A stretch of DNA of 64,000 nucleotides from an uncultured delta proteobacterium. GTDB taxonomy: Bacteria > Myxococcota_A > Polyangia > Polyangiales > Polyangiaceae. The notes beneath the pieces are model-generated. The model was given only the letters and a program-made list of their open reading frames with translations. It was not told the DNA's origin and did not search any database. Within the stretch, counting starts at the first letter, position 1; every line of letters begins with the position of its first letter. Below are positions 29,210 through 37,452 of this stretch, one piece after another. Made by a program: the position numbers and the translations under genes. Where the stretch lies: assembly GCA_963696385.1 (NCBI GenBank), contig CAVOKF010000004.1, positions 416,001-480,000 on the forward strand, read 5' to 3'.

Positions 29210-32200
29210 GGCGGCTCCTTCCGGTCGGGCCCGGCGAGCACGGGCGCGAGCATCTTGTCGACGATGGGTCCCATCGGAATTCCGCGCAGCTCGCCGATGC
29301 GGATGAGGCGCGCGAGCCCCCCGAGCTCCAGGCGGGCGCTCGCGAAGCCGTGGTCGAAGACGAGGCGCAACGTATCCGGATAGCCGAAGGCGAGCGCGGT
29401 GCGGATTCGGTTCATCGCCGGATCGACGTGAAGCGGGTCCTGCAAGTCGAGCAGATCGAGCAAGTGGCGCGCACCGATGCGAAGAATCACGGCCCGCCCG
29501 TCGATGGTGCGATCGGCGGCGGAGATGGCGACCTCGATGTTGCCGTCGAACGGCTCGCCATGGGACGACTGGACGCCACTCGCACGGACGTGCAGTTCGA
29601 GGGTCGACTTGGGGCCGTTCCAGGCGATGCCGCACTGGCCGGTGATGGTCCCGCCGCGGACCCCCATCTCGAACTGCCGAAGCGAGATCACGTTTTGTTC
29701 GACCTCGAGATTGCCGACCAGTGGCGCAATCAATACAAATGGCGTCTTCAGGCGCGCTAGCGAGAGAAAGCCGCTGCGGCTGAGCAGGGGGTGCTGATCG
29801 GCGAAGCGGAGCATCGAATAGGGGCTCTGCTTGTCGTTGCGCTCGAGAGACACGCCGTTTTCGCCGACCTCGAGCGCCACCGTGATCGGCACCTCGCCGT
29901 TCGCGCTCTCGACGTCGATCCCCATGCGGGACAGGGTCACGGTGACGTCCTCACCCTTCACCGCGGCCCGCACCTGGTAGTGCGTGAGATCCGGCGACGT
30001 GACGTTGGCCTCCACCGCGATCTTGCCCCGCCCCTTGAACCGCTCGGGGATCTTCGACAGTCGCTCGAGATCCTGGGTCAGCGACGCGGTGGCCGACAGG
30101 GTGCGGCGCCCTTCGCCCAGGTCGACGTTGCCGCGGACCCCAAACGCCGTTCCCCCCAAGCCGTTCGCGACGTTCATGTCCGAGATGTGCACCACCCCCT
30201 CCGGGCTGCGTTCGGCCGAGAGCGCGAGTGTGAGATCGCCGAGCGGATACTCGGGGACGACCGTCTGCTCGACGGCGCGGATGGTGCTGCGTTCGGTGAG
30301 ATCGATCTCCGGGTGGGCGATGTCGCCACTGACTGCAACGCTCGTATGCTCGCTGATCCCGTTGAGGTCGACGTCGCGGCTTCCGAGATCGAGGTGCAAC
30401 GTGCCGACCTCGGTGCGGCCGTCCAGGGTACGGCGCGTCCCCGACGCGCGCATGTCGCCGTGCCACGTTACGACGGGCGCGACGATCGCGCTGCCTCCTT
30501 TGGCCCAACGGAAGTGAGCGACCCGAACGTCGGCCGTTCCTTCGACCGCTGCGGTGCGCGAAGGACTCGGCGCGACAGCAATCGTCGCATCGCGCGCAAC
30601 CCCCGCGACGACCCCGAGGAGCGCTCCGCGGGCCGAGAGTCCAATCTCCAGCTGCGAAAGATCGAAGGCGTCGAGACCGTGCACGCGTGCGGCCAGCGGC
30701 GCAAGCCCAGAGAGCGCCGCGAGATGCCCGTCGATCGCGTACGCGAGGGCCCGCCGCGACGGCTCGAAGGACAGCGACCCGGACAGTTGCGCGGTCGCGC
30801 GGCCCTCGGTCGCCAGCTGGAATTCGAGCGACGGGCGCTTGCGGTTCACGGCAGCCGAGATCGTGACGTGCTCGTCGCCCGGGCTGCCGTTGCCGACGGC
30901 GAGCCGCTGCGCACGCAAATCCAAGCGGGCCTCGTGCGCGAGCATCGTCCCTTGCGATTGGAGGGTCAGCGACAGCGACCGCGCGGTGACGGTGTCGAAC
31001 CCGGGGCGATCGACGTCGACCTCGGTCGTCTGTCGCACAACGGGAGTCCCTCCGCTCAGAGGCTCGACGTGACCGTTCAATCGCACGGCGAGCGTCATTC
31101 GATCCCACGGAATTCGATTCCATGGAGCCACGTCGGTCCGAGCGGCAGGCAAAAGCGGCCGGATGGCCTTCAGGCTCGCCGCCGCAGCGTCGAGCGCGAA
31201 GTCGACCGCGTCCGTCCCCTTCGTGGCGTCGAGCGACGCCCGCATGTCGCCTAGCGCGACGACAGCGTGGACCACGCCTCCACTCGCCGCCGGGTCGGCG
31301 ACATCGAATTCGAGGTCGTGGGCCCGGGCTTCGATTCGCGCCGGAGCGTCCACGAACATGGTGCCATCGTGGCCCATCACACGGATCCGGGACACGGGCG
31401 CCTCGAGCTCGACGGCGTAGGGACCGTGCCCGTCGAGCCGCGTGTGCGCGCGCAGGGTCAGCCCATCGACCATCGTGCGCGTCCCCGGGGAACGCAGGTC
31501 GAGCGAGGCCAGGTCGAAGGACAGGGCAAAGTCGCCTCGTGCGGCCAGCGGCCCAGCGATGGCGGGATGCAGCCCATGGACGCGCAACTCGACGCGACCG
31601 TTCCTCAGGACGACCGGCCGGGTGCCTGCGCGATCCAGGCGCGCAACGCGCAATCCGATGCGGCCCGCGACGACCCCATCGGCCCCCTGCTGCCCCTCGA
31701 AATCGGCGGAGACGTCGTCCGCGGCGAGACCGTCCTCACCCAACCCGACACGCGTCCCCATGATCCTCACCGACCCCCGGCCGGAGAGGGCTCCCTCCCC
31801 CGCCGGCTGCGCGCGCAGCGAGACCTGCGCTCCACCGATGTCGAGCGGCCCAGCGGGAGCGTGAATCGCCACGTTCGACAGCTGCGCGTCGACGGCAACC
31901 GACCCCCCCGCGGACAAATGGACGACCGGTCCCGTGACGAGGGAATCGACGCGGTAGCGCACCCGGGCGCGTTCGGCGGTCACGGGGACGAGGCCGGCGG
32001 GAAGCCACCGCAGCAGCCTCACGAGGTCGATGTCCCCGGCCGCGCGGCGCACGATCAGCTCCCCGGCGTCGGAGATCTCCATCGACGCTTCGGCGGTCGC
32101 TGCGCCGTCGCCCATCTGGGTGTGGTCGAGTGTGATCTCGGTCCGGCTCGCGGCCGGGTCGAATCGAAGGGTCGCTTCGGCGTGCACCCATGAATCGGCG

Positions 32201-33117
32201 GAAGCAATCGAGGCGAACGTTTGCTCGATCATCCGCAGATCGAGGGCCGCGGTCACGGCCGATGACGTTGCGTCGACCGTGACCCAAAGCTTCGCCCGCG
32301 CGGAGCTCGTATGGACACCCGCCCGTTCGAGCGAGAGCTCCAGGTCGAGGGGAATGGCGGCAGAGCCGAGCCCCACCTGTGCTCGCCACCCTCTCGCAGT
32401 CGGCTCCGTCGATTGCGTGGCCAGGGTCGCCGAGATGCCGCGCAGCTCCGCGCGTTCGGACACCTCGCCGAGTTTCGTTCGGACCCAGGCGAGGGTGACG
32501 TGATCGACGTCGACCTGGCCGACGGGGGGCGCGGTCCCGAGCCACTTCGAGGCCTGGCGAGAAAGGGGTACCGTGGGGCGGGGAGAGGCGCTCGATCCGG
32601 ACGCCATAAGCGCGTCGAAGGATGTCGTGCCCTGTTCGTCGATGACTGCCGTCAGCGTGACGTCGGAGACCACGAGCCTGCCGACCACGGGGCCGCGATC
32701 CCGCAGAAGGGATCTCAGAGACCAGTGCGCCTGCACGCGGCCGATCCGGACGAGATCGGGCGCGAAGCGGCGAAGCTGCGCCGGGGACTGCACGACCAGC
32801 CCATCGATTTCACCCCCCGAGAGCCATTCGATGCGCGCCGCGCGATAGTCGATCTCGATGCCGGTCGATGCGCGCGCGAGCCCCTGGACCCGGCGCTTGA
32901 CCCAGGGCCTGTCGAGGGAATCGAGGAGGATCACCACCGTGACAGCGAGGAACGCGACCAGTCCAACCAGACACGCGAGCGCCCCCAGCACCCACCGTCG
33001 CCAGCGACTCGGTCGCCGGCGCTTTTCGCTCGAGCTCGCGGGCGAAGCGCAACGACGGAGGCGCCTGGCGGCGCGTCCAAGTCCACGTTGTCGCTTCACG
33101 TGCGATGGTTCCGACAC
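29206..33117 (-). CDS. AsmA-like (YdbH/TamB-like) inner-membrane-anchored beta-groove protein
   Basis: 1303 aa; basic N-terminus plus single TM, AsmA-like start (WVKRRVQGLARASTGIEIDY), then continuous amphipathic beta strands. Adjacent to a DUF1318 gene. Confidence 0.7.
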   Translation of the reverse strand: MSEPSHVKRQRGLGRAARRLRRCASPASSSEKRRRPSRWRRWVLGALACLVGLVAFLAVTVVILLDSLDRPWVKRRVQGLARASTGIEIDYRAARIEWLSGGEIDGLVVQSPAQLRRFAPDLVRIGRVQAHWSLRSLLRDRGPVVGRLVVSDVTLTAVIDEQGTTSFDALMASGSSASPRPTVPLSRQASKWLGTAPPVGQVDVDHVTLAWVRTKLGEVSERAELRGISATLATQSTEPTARGWRAQVGLGSAAIPLDLELSLERAGVHTSSARAKLWVTVDATSSAVTAALDLRMIEQTFASIASADSWVHAEATLRFDPAASRTEITLDHTQMGDGAATAEASMEISDAGELIVRRAAGDIDLVRLLRWLPAGLVPVTAERARVRYRVDSLVTGPVVHLSAGGSVAVDAQLSNVAIHAPAGPLDIGGAQVSLRAQPAGEGALSGRGSVRIMGTRVGLGEDGLAADDVSADFEGQQGADGVVAGRIGLRVARLDRAGTRPVVLRNGRVELRVHGLHPAIAGPLAARGDFALSFDLASLDLRSPGTRTMVDGLTLRAHTRLDGHGPYAVELEAPVSRIRVMGHDGTMFVDAPARIEARAHDLEFDVADPAASGGVVHAVVALGDMRASLDATKGTDAVDFALDAAAASLKAIRPLLPAARTDVAPWNRIPWDRMTLAVRLNGHVEPLSGGTPVVRQTTEVDVDRPGFDTVTARSLSLTLQSQGTMLAHEARLDLRAQRLAVGNGSPGDEHVTISAAVNRKRPSLEFQLATEGRATAQLSGSLSFEPSRRALAYAIDGHLAALSGLAPLAARVHGLDAFDLSQLEIGLSARGALLGVVAGVARDATIAVAPSPSRTAAVEGTADVRVAHFRWAKGGSAIVAPVVTWHGDMRASGTRRTLDGRTEVGTLHLDLGSRDVDLNGISEHTSVAVSGDIAHPEIDLTERSTIRAVEQTVVPEYPLGDLTLALSAERSPEGVVHISDMNVANGLGGTAFGVRGNVDLGEGRRTLSATASLTQDLERLSKIPERFKGRGKIAVEANVTSPDLTHYQVRAAVKGEDVTVTLSRMGIDVESANGEVPITVALEVGENGVSLERNDKQSPYSMLRFADQHPLLSRSGFLSLARLKTPFVLIAPLVGNLEVEQNVISLRQFEMGVRGGTITGQCGIAWNGPKSTLELHVRASGVQSSHGEPFDGNIEVAISAADRTIDGRAVILRIGARHLLDLLDLQDPLHVDPAMNRIRTALAFGYPDTLRLVFDHGFASARLELGGLARLIRIGELRGIPMGPIVDKMLAPVLAGPDRKEPP

Positions 33118-33177
33118 GAGTCAACCAGCGCCTGAGCTTGCGGCGAGTCCGGCCGATCGACAAGCGAAGGCCGACGA

Positions 33178-33783
33178 CTACCCGCCGATCGGTGGAACGC
33201 CGTACGGTACGGCGATGGCATCCCGCTCCGCTTTTCCGGAGTCGACGAAGATGGGGCCTCCGTAGGCAGCGACCACCGTGGAGCCGTCGTTCGCGCTGGC
33301 GTCCACTGGGACGGCGGAATCGAGCTTGGCATCCGGCGGCTCCGCCTTTCCGGAGTCGACGAAGATGGGACCTCCGTCGGCAGCGACCACCGTGGAGCCG
33401 TCGTCGACGCTTGCGTCCACCGGGACGGCAGAATCGAGACGAGCGGGTGCGTCGAGGACGTCGGAGTCAAGGGCCACTCCGGCGTCTACCGGAATCGGGG
33501 CCCCGTAGACAGCGACCACGGTTCCGCCCGACTCGTCCGGGGCACCGTCGTTGTCTCGTTCGGCGGCCGAGAACTGACCTCCACACGCCACGGCGGTTGC
33601 GGAGAGCGTTCCCACTCGCAAGGCATAGAGCGCGGCGCGACTGAGACGCTTGGCCGGCGACAGCGGCGCTTGCACCGCGCGAAAGGACGAGGGCAATTCG
33701 ACCCGGCAAAACGGACAAGCCGGCTCGTTGACTCGAACATGGCGAGCGCAACTGGGGCACGCGGCCAACGGAATCTGGGTCAC
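33178..33783 (-). CDS. Putative RiPP/spliceotide precursor: CxxC-CxxC leader, lipobox-like segment, repeated xYGxP cores
   Basis: GTG 33783 overlaps the rSAM stop, with GGAGG upstream. CPSCARHVRVNEPACPFC; SATAVACGG; VYGAP, AYGGP, PYGVP. Confidence 0.8.
   Translation of the reverse strand: MTQIPLAACPSCARHVRVNEPACPFCRVELPSSFRAVQAPLSPAKRLSRAALYALRVGTLSATAVACGGQFSAAERDNDGAPDESGGTVVAVYGAPIPVDAGVALDSDVLDAPARLDSAVPVDASVDDGSTVVAADGGPIFVDSGKAEPPDAKLDSAVPVDASANDGSTVVAAYGGPIFVDSGKAERDAIAVPYGVPPIGG
33226..33438. repeat. 114-bp period intragenic duplication (38-aa unit) in the precursor
   Basis: LDSAVPVDASxxDGSTVVAA(D/Y)GGPIFVDSGKAE occurs twice. Equivalent codons at 33262-33264 and 33376-33378 are 114 bp apart. 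Confidence 0.9.
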
Positions 33784-34997
33784 CCACGACCTCCCTCGGA
33801 CGTCGACTCGACGATGATTTCGAACACACCGTGATCGAACGGCTCTCCCGGGGCTGCCGTGACGGGCGCAATCCGCTCTCGCTTGCCTTCGCGCGCCATC
33901 TCGATCGCGCGGTGATGGCAATAGGGGTTGTTCCCGGGCCTGCCGAGTGTGACGAAGCTCGTCCACGTGCAGCCGCTCATGCACTCCTCGGCGTAGTAGC
34001 AGGTCCTGCAGTAGCCCCACAGATCGTTCAACGTACGGTCTCGCATGTAGCGGAGCGGTTCGCTTCGCTCCCAGATGGCCTCGAGCGATTCGTCGCGGAT
34101 GTTGCCGCCCGTCCAGCGCTCCGTAGGCAGCGACGGACAGCCCTTGATGGCACCGTTGGCCTCGATGCCGAGCGTCGCGCGCCCGGCCCCGCACGATCCG
34201 CCGTGACCCCGCAAGTAGTGCCCTCGAATGATCGACTCGTACGGCCCGAAGTAGCCGATGTTGTTTCCGGGCCAGAACAGGATTCTGAGTGCGTCGCACC
34301 GCTTCTTCAACGCAGCCAGTCGCGGGAACAGTTCGAGCAGATCATAGGGCTGCAGCAGAACGTTCGGCTCGTCGGCGGCGCGGCCCATCGGCACGGTCAG
34401 CTGGATTTGCCAGCCCCGGATCCCCAGGGCGGCCACCGTCTCGAGAATGCCCTCGAGCAGCGGCATCGATAGGCGGTTGATCTGCGTGTTGCACGACACG
34501 CTCAGGCCGCTGTCCTTCAACGCTTGCAGAGCCGCGATCGCCGCCCGATACGATCCCTTGACTCCGCGGAGACGATCGTGGGTCGGCTCGTCGCCGTCGA
34601 TCGAGACACTCGCCCCCTTGAGTCCCGCGGCCTTTGCGCGATCGACGAGCTCGGGCGTGAGCCCGCGGCCCCCGGTCGTCATGGTGGTGGGAATGCCGTG
34701 GGCGCTGGTGGCGCGGACGAGTTCCAGCCAATCCGGTCGCAAGTACGCTTCACCGCCGATCAGCGTGACTTCCTTCACCCCGAGCCGCGCCATCTGATCG
34801 ATGAGATCGAGCGCTTCCTGCGTCGTGAGCTCGTCGGGACGCCCGCGGCCCGCGCGCGAGCCGCAATGCCGGCACGCGAGGTCGCACGCCAGGGTGATTT
34901 CCCAAACCGCGTAGATGGGGCGGAGTCGGCGGTCGATGTCGCGAACCTCGCCGGCCAGAGGCAAGTGCCTCGCTCCGGGCTTGGCGAGCGGCGCCAT
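33780..34997 (-). CDS. Radical SAM/SPASM peptide maturase, PlpX (splicease)-like
   Basis: YAVWEITLACDLACRHCGSRAG (CxxxCxxC), LIGGEA, and SPASM CGAG...IKGCPSL...LWGYCRTCYYAEECMSGCTW...GNNPYCHHRA. Confidence 0.9.
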   Translation of the reverse strand: MAPLAKPGARHLPLAGEVRDIDRRLRPIYAVWEITLACDLACRHCGSRAGRGRPDELTTQEALDLIDQMARLGVKEVTLIGGEAYLRPDWLELVRATSAHGIPTTMTTGGRGLTPELVDRAKAAGLKGASVSIDGDEPTHDRLRGVKGSYRAAIAALQALKDSGLSVSCNTQINRLSMPLLEGILETVAALGIRGWQIQLTVPMGRAADEPNVLLQPYDLLELFPRLAALKKRCDALRILFWPGNNIGYFGPYESIIRGHYLRGHGGSCGAGRATLGIEANGAIKGCPSLPTERWTGGNIRDESLEAIWERSEPLRYMRDRTLNDLWGYCRTCYYAEECMSGCTWTSFVTLGRPGNNPYCHHRAIEMAREGKRERIAPVTAAPGEPFDHGVFEIIVESTSEGGRG

Positions 34998-35149
34998 GGG
35001 CAGTCCTCGTGGGGGACGCGCCCGCGCCAGTTCCGTCGCGCGTTCGTTCGAATCGAAGGCCACTAGGTTTCCAGAACAGCACGTTCTGGGCCGCGCTACC
35101 ATCCAGCGGAGAGGCCGGCCCTTTTTTGCGCTCGGAACGGCAGACCCCC

Positions 35150-35815
35150 ATGATCCTGGCGAAGGCGGATGGCACAGCGTGGCGCATCGATCGGGTGGCT
35201 GAGAAGCTGGCGCTTCGGGCCAAGCTTCCGGGGGCACGCGTCTTCGATCTCGCGGCGGAGAGCCTTCGCAACGCCAAAATGGCAGGAGTCTCCTCGATGG
35301 GCCGACTCGTTCTCGCTCTGCCCGCCAGTTGGTGCGTGAACAGTCCGGCTCCGTCGACGGTGTTCCGCCGGTGGGTGCTGCCGCCCGAGCGCGAGGTCTG
35401 GGCGTCACTGATCGAGGTTCTCGACGAGCCCCGGACCGGTCCCTTGGAGGTCGAGTCGAGCGATGCGGTGGTGGCGGCCATCCAAGCCCTCGGACCCGAG
35501 GCCTTCGGTGTGGAGGCGATCAGCAAAGTGCTCGCGCTGCTGGTTCCGGAATCCGTGCCCCTCATGCCTCCGGCCGCCCGGCTGTTCGCGCTCGGCGGAC
35601 CACCCGCTGCGAACGCGGGAGCGTTCGTCGAGATGGTCAATTGGTTCGGAAAGGCCGTGCACGAAGGTCGCGCCGAACTCGCCCGATGGGCCCATCAGCA
35701 CGCCGAGGTGCGGTTGAGCGCGGCGCAGGTGCTCGACCGTCTTCTGTGGTTTGATTCGGAGGGGTACCGTCATTTCCCCAGCGTGCCGCTCGACACTCCG
35801 CCCGCCCCGGTTTGA
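35150..35815 (+). CDS. Hypothetical protein (weak DUF6308-like resemblance)
   Basis: Protein-like ORF divergent from the rSAM gene; ISKVLALLVPESVPL and VLDRLLWFD segments. Confidence 0.7.
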   Translation: MILAKADGTAWRIDRVAEKLALRAKLPGARVFDLAAESLRNAKMAGVSSMGRLVLALPASWCVNSPAPSTVFRRWVLPPEREVWASLIEVLDEPRTGPLEVESSDAVVAAIQALGPEAFGVEAISKVLALLVPESVPLMPPAARLFALGGPPAANAGAFVEMVNWFGKAVHEGRAELARWAHQHAEVRLSAAQVLDRLLWFDSEGYRHFPSVPLDTPPAPV

Positions 35816-35854
35816 CGACGGATGGGATGCGCGCGCCCGACGGGGACCGCGAGG

Positions 35855-36715
35855 TCAGGCGCGCTCGAGGCGCACGACAGCGGACCATCGTGCGCTTCCC
35901 ACGTTGCGGGGATCGGGATCGGGAAGAATGCCGAACGGTCGCAGCAGCAGCGGGATCCGCCGCAGCCGCACCGCCTCCCGAAAGGGCAACCGGATATCGA
36001 GCGCCTTCCAACCCATCGTCTCGAAGAAGCCCACGCCTTGCGTAGGAGCAAACTTCATGGGTGCGTGGGCGAGGTGCGCGCCCATGTCCTTGTGCATCAT
36101 GCGCAGGATGGCGGGCGATACGGTGTCGAGCACCCACCAGCGCAGGGTCGGTTGGGCCCATAGGTCTCGACCGAGGTCCCGGACCACCTCTTCATCCAGG
36201 TACACCAGCAGGCCCTCCGTCAAGACAAGCGCCTTCTTGGCTCCTGCTGAGGCGCGCACGAGAAATGCCGATCGCGCGACCGGGTCGGCGAGATCGATTC
36301 GCTCGCGACGGAGCCGACAGCGAGGCTTTTCGCCGGCGAGCAGCCTTTCCTTCTCGTCGATCATGGGCCCGAGATCGGCCTCGACCCAATCGAGCGACGG
36401 CGGCACATCCATGCGGTACGGCCGCGTATCGAGGCCGGCGGCCAGGTTCAGGACGCAGTCACACCCCTGCCGAATCGACGCGGCAATCAAGTCGTCCACG
36501 ATCCAGGTGCGGAGGATCATCGGCCAGCCATTGCGAGTCTGCCTTGGACCGAGCAAGGTCATCGCGCGTCCCCGTTCGCCGGCGAGCCGCGCGGCGTAAG
36601 GGTCTCTGAACAGCGCGTCGGCTCGCGCCGACTCCAGAGCGCGGTAGGCGGCGACCCACCGAGCCGTGTCGGACACGTTTGCGATGAGGGGCGGTGCGGA
36701 CATGGTCGGCGTCAT
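35855..36715 (-). CDS. SAM-dependent methyltransferase (LCM/TIGR00027-like)
   Basis: VSDTARWVAAYRALES...LFRDPYA, VLNLAAGLDTRPYR and LTEGLLVYL. Confidence 0.9.
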   Translation of the reverse strand: MTPTMSAPPLIANVSDTARWVAAYRALESARADALFRDPYAARLAGERGRAMTLLGPRQTRNGWPMILRTWIVDDLIAASIRQGCDCVLNLAAGLDTRPYRMDVPPSLDWVEADLGPMIDEKERLLAGEKPRCRLRRERIDLADPVARSAFLVRASAGAKKALVLTEGLLVYLDEEVVRDLGRDLWAQPTLRWWVLDTVSPAILRMMHKDMGAHLAHAPMKFAPTQGVGFFETMGWKALDIRLPFREAVRLRRIPLLLRPFGILPDPDPRNVGSARWSAVVRLERA

Positions 36716-36869
36716 ACTACCCGCATCGGCCCTTGCCGCGCGGGTCCACCGCGGACGCCGATGGGTGGATCGTCGCCACAGGCTGGACCGCGGGTCGCGG
36801 CCAAGATCGGTCTCGGGCCTGGCGAACGGCGTGGTCGCGTCGCCGGCGAGCGCACGACGGGACGACCGA

Positions 36870-37187
36870 TCAGGTGCCGATGGCGAGCCACGAGACATCG
36901 ACGGCCCAGATTTTTGTGTTCAGCCAGGTCTCCGCATGCAATGTGAAACCGCTCCCGGTGATGTCGAGGGCTCGCACGCGGATGCGGGCGTTGTCCTCCC
37001 TGCTCACGTCGAGACCGACCATCCCGATATGAACGACCGGAGGCGCCGAAAAGGATCGGCTAAAGGACACTGGATAACGAAACGCGCGGGCGCCGTTCGT
37101 CGAGGGCTCGAGAAGGGACCATCCTTCGAGCGACGCATCCAGGACGACGACTGCGGACAGCAAGCTGAGCGGAGCAACGTACGACAT
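36870..37187 (-). CDS. H-type lectin domain protein
   Basis: VSFSRSFSAPPVVHIGMVGLDV...NARIRVRALDITGSGFTL...TWLNTKIWAVDVSWLAIG. Confidence 0.85.
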   Translation of the reverse strand: MSYVAPLSLLSAVVVLDASLEGWSLLEPSTNGARAFRYPVSFSRSFSAPPVVHIGMVGLDVSREDNARIRVRALDITGSGFTLHAETWLNTKIWAVDVSWLAIGT

Positions 37188-37452
37188 GCGGCCACGTTAC
37201 AAGGAAACCACTCGTGGCTCGAGGGGCAACGCCGCCGGAGCGAACTAGCGTAGGGCACGCAGCCTCGTGACAGGGACCCCCCTCGGGCCTCGAGCGACCG
37301 CGCCGGCCGTGGCGCGGACGCGGGTGCGTCGTAGGCAGTGCGAGTGGCCGTGACCACGATTCGCCGACCGATCCGCGCCCCGTTTACCGGCACCCGAGAG
37401 TTGCGCCGCCTTGGGGAGGGCCGAGCGGCCCCGGTGTTATTCTCTGCGGTTC

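Noticed and set aside
33780..34997. PqqE, mycofactocin or haem-biosynthesis radical SAM enzyme
   Set aside because: No pqq, mft or ahb genes are nearby. The GNNPYCHHRA tail and the coupled YG-rich ORF fit a PlpX-like maturase better.
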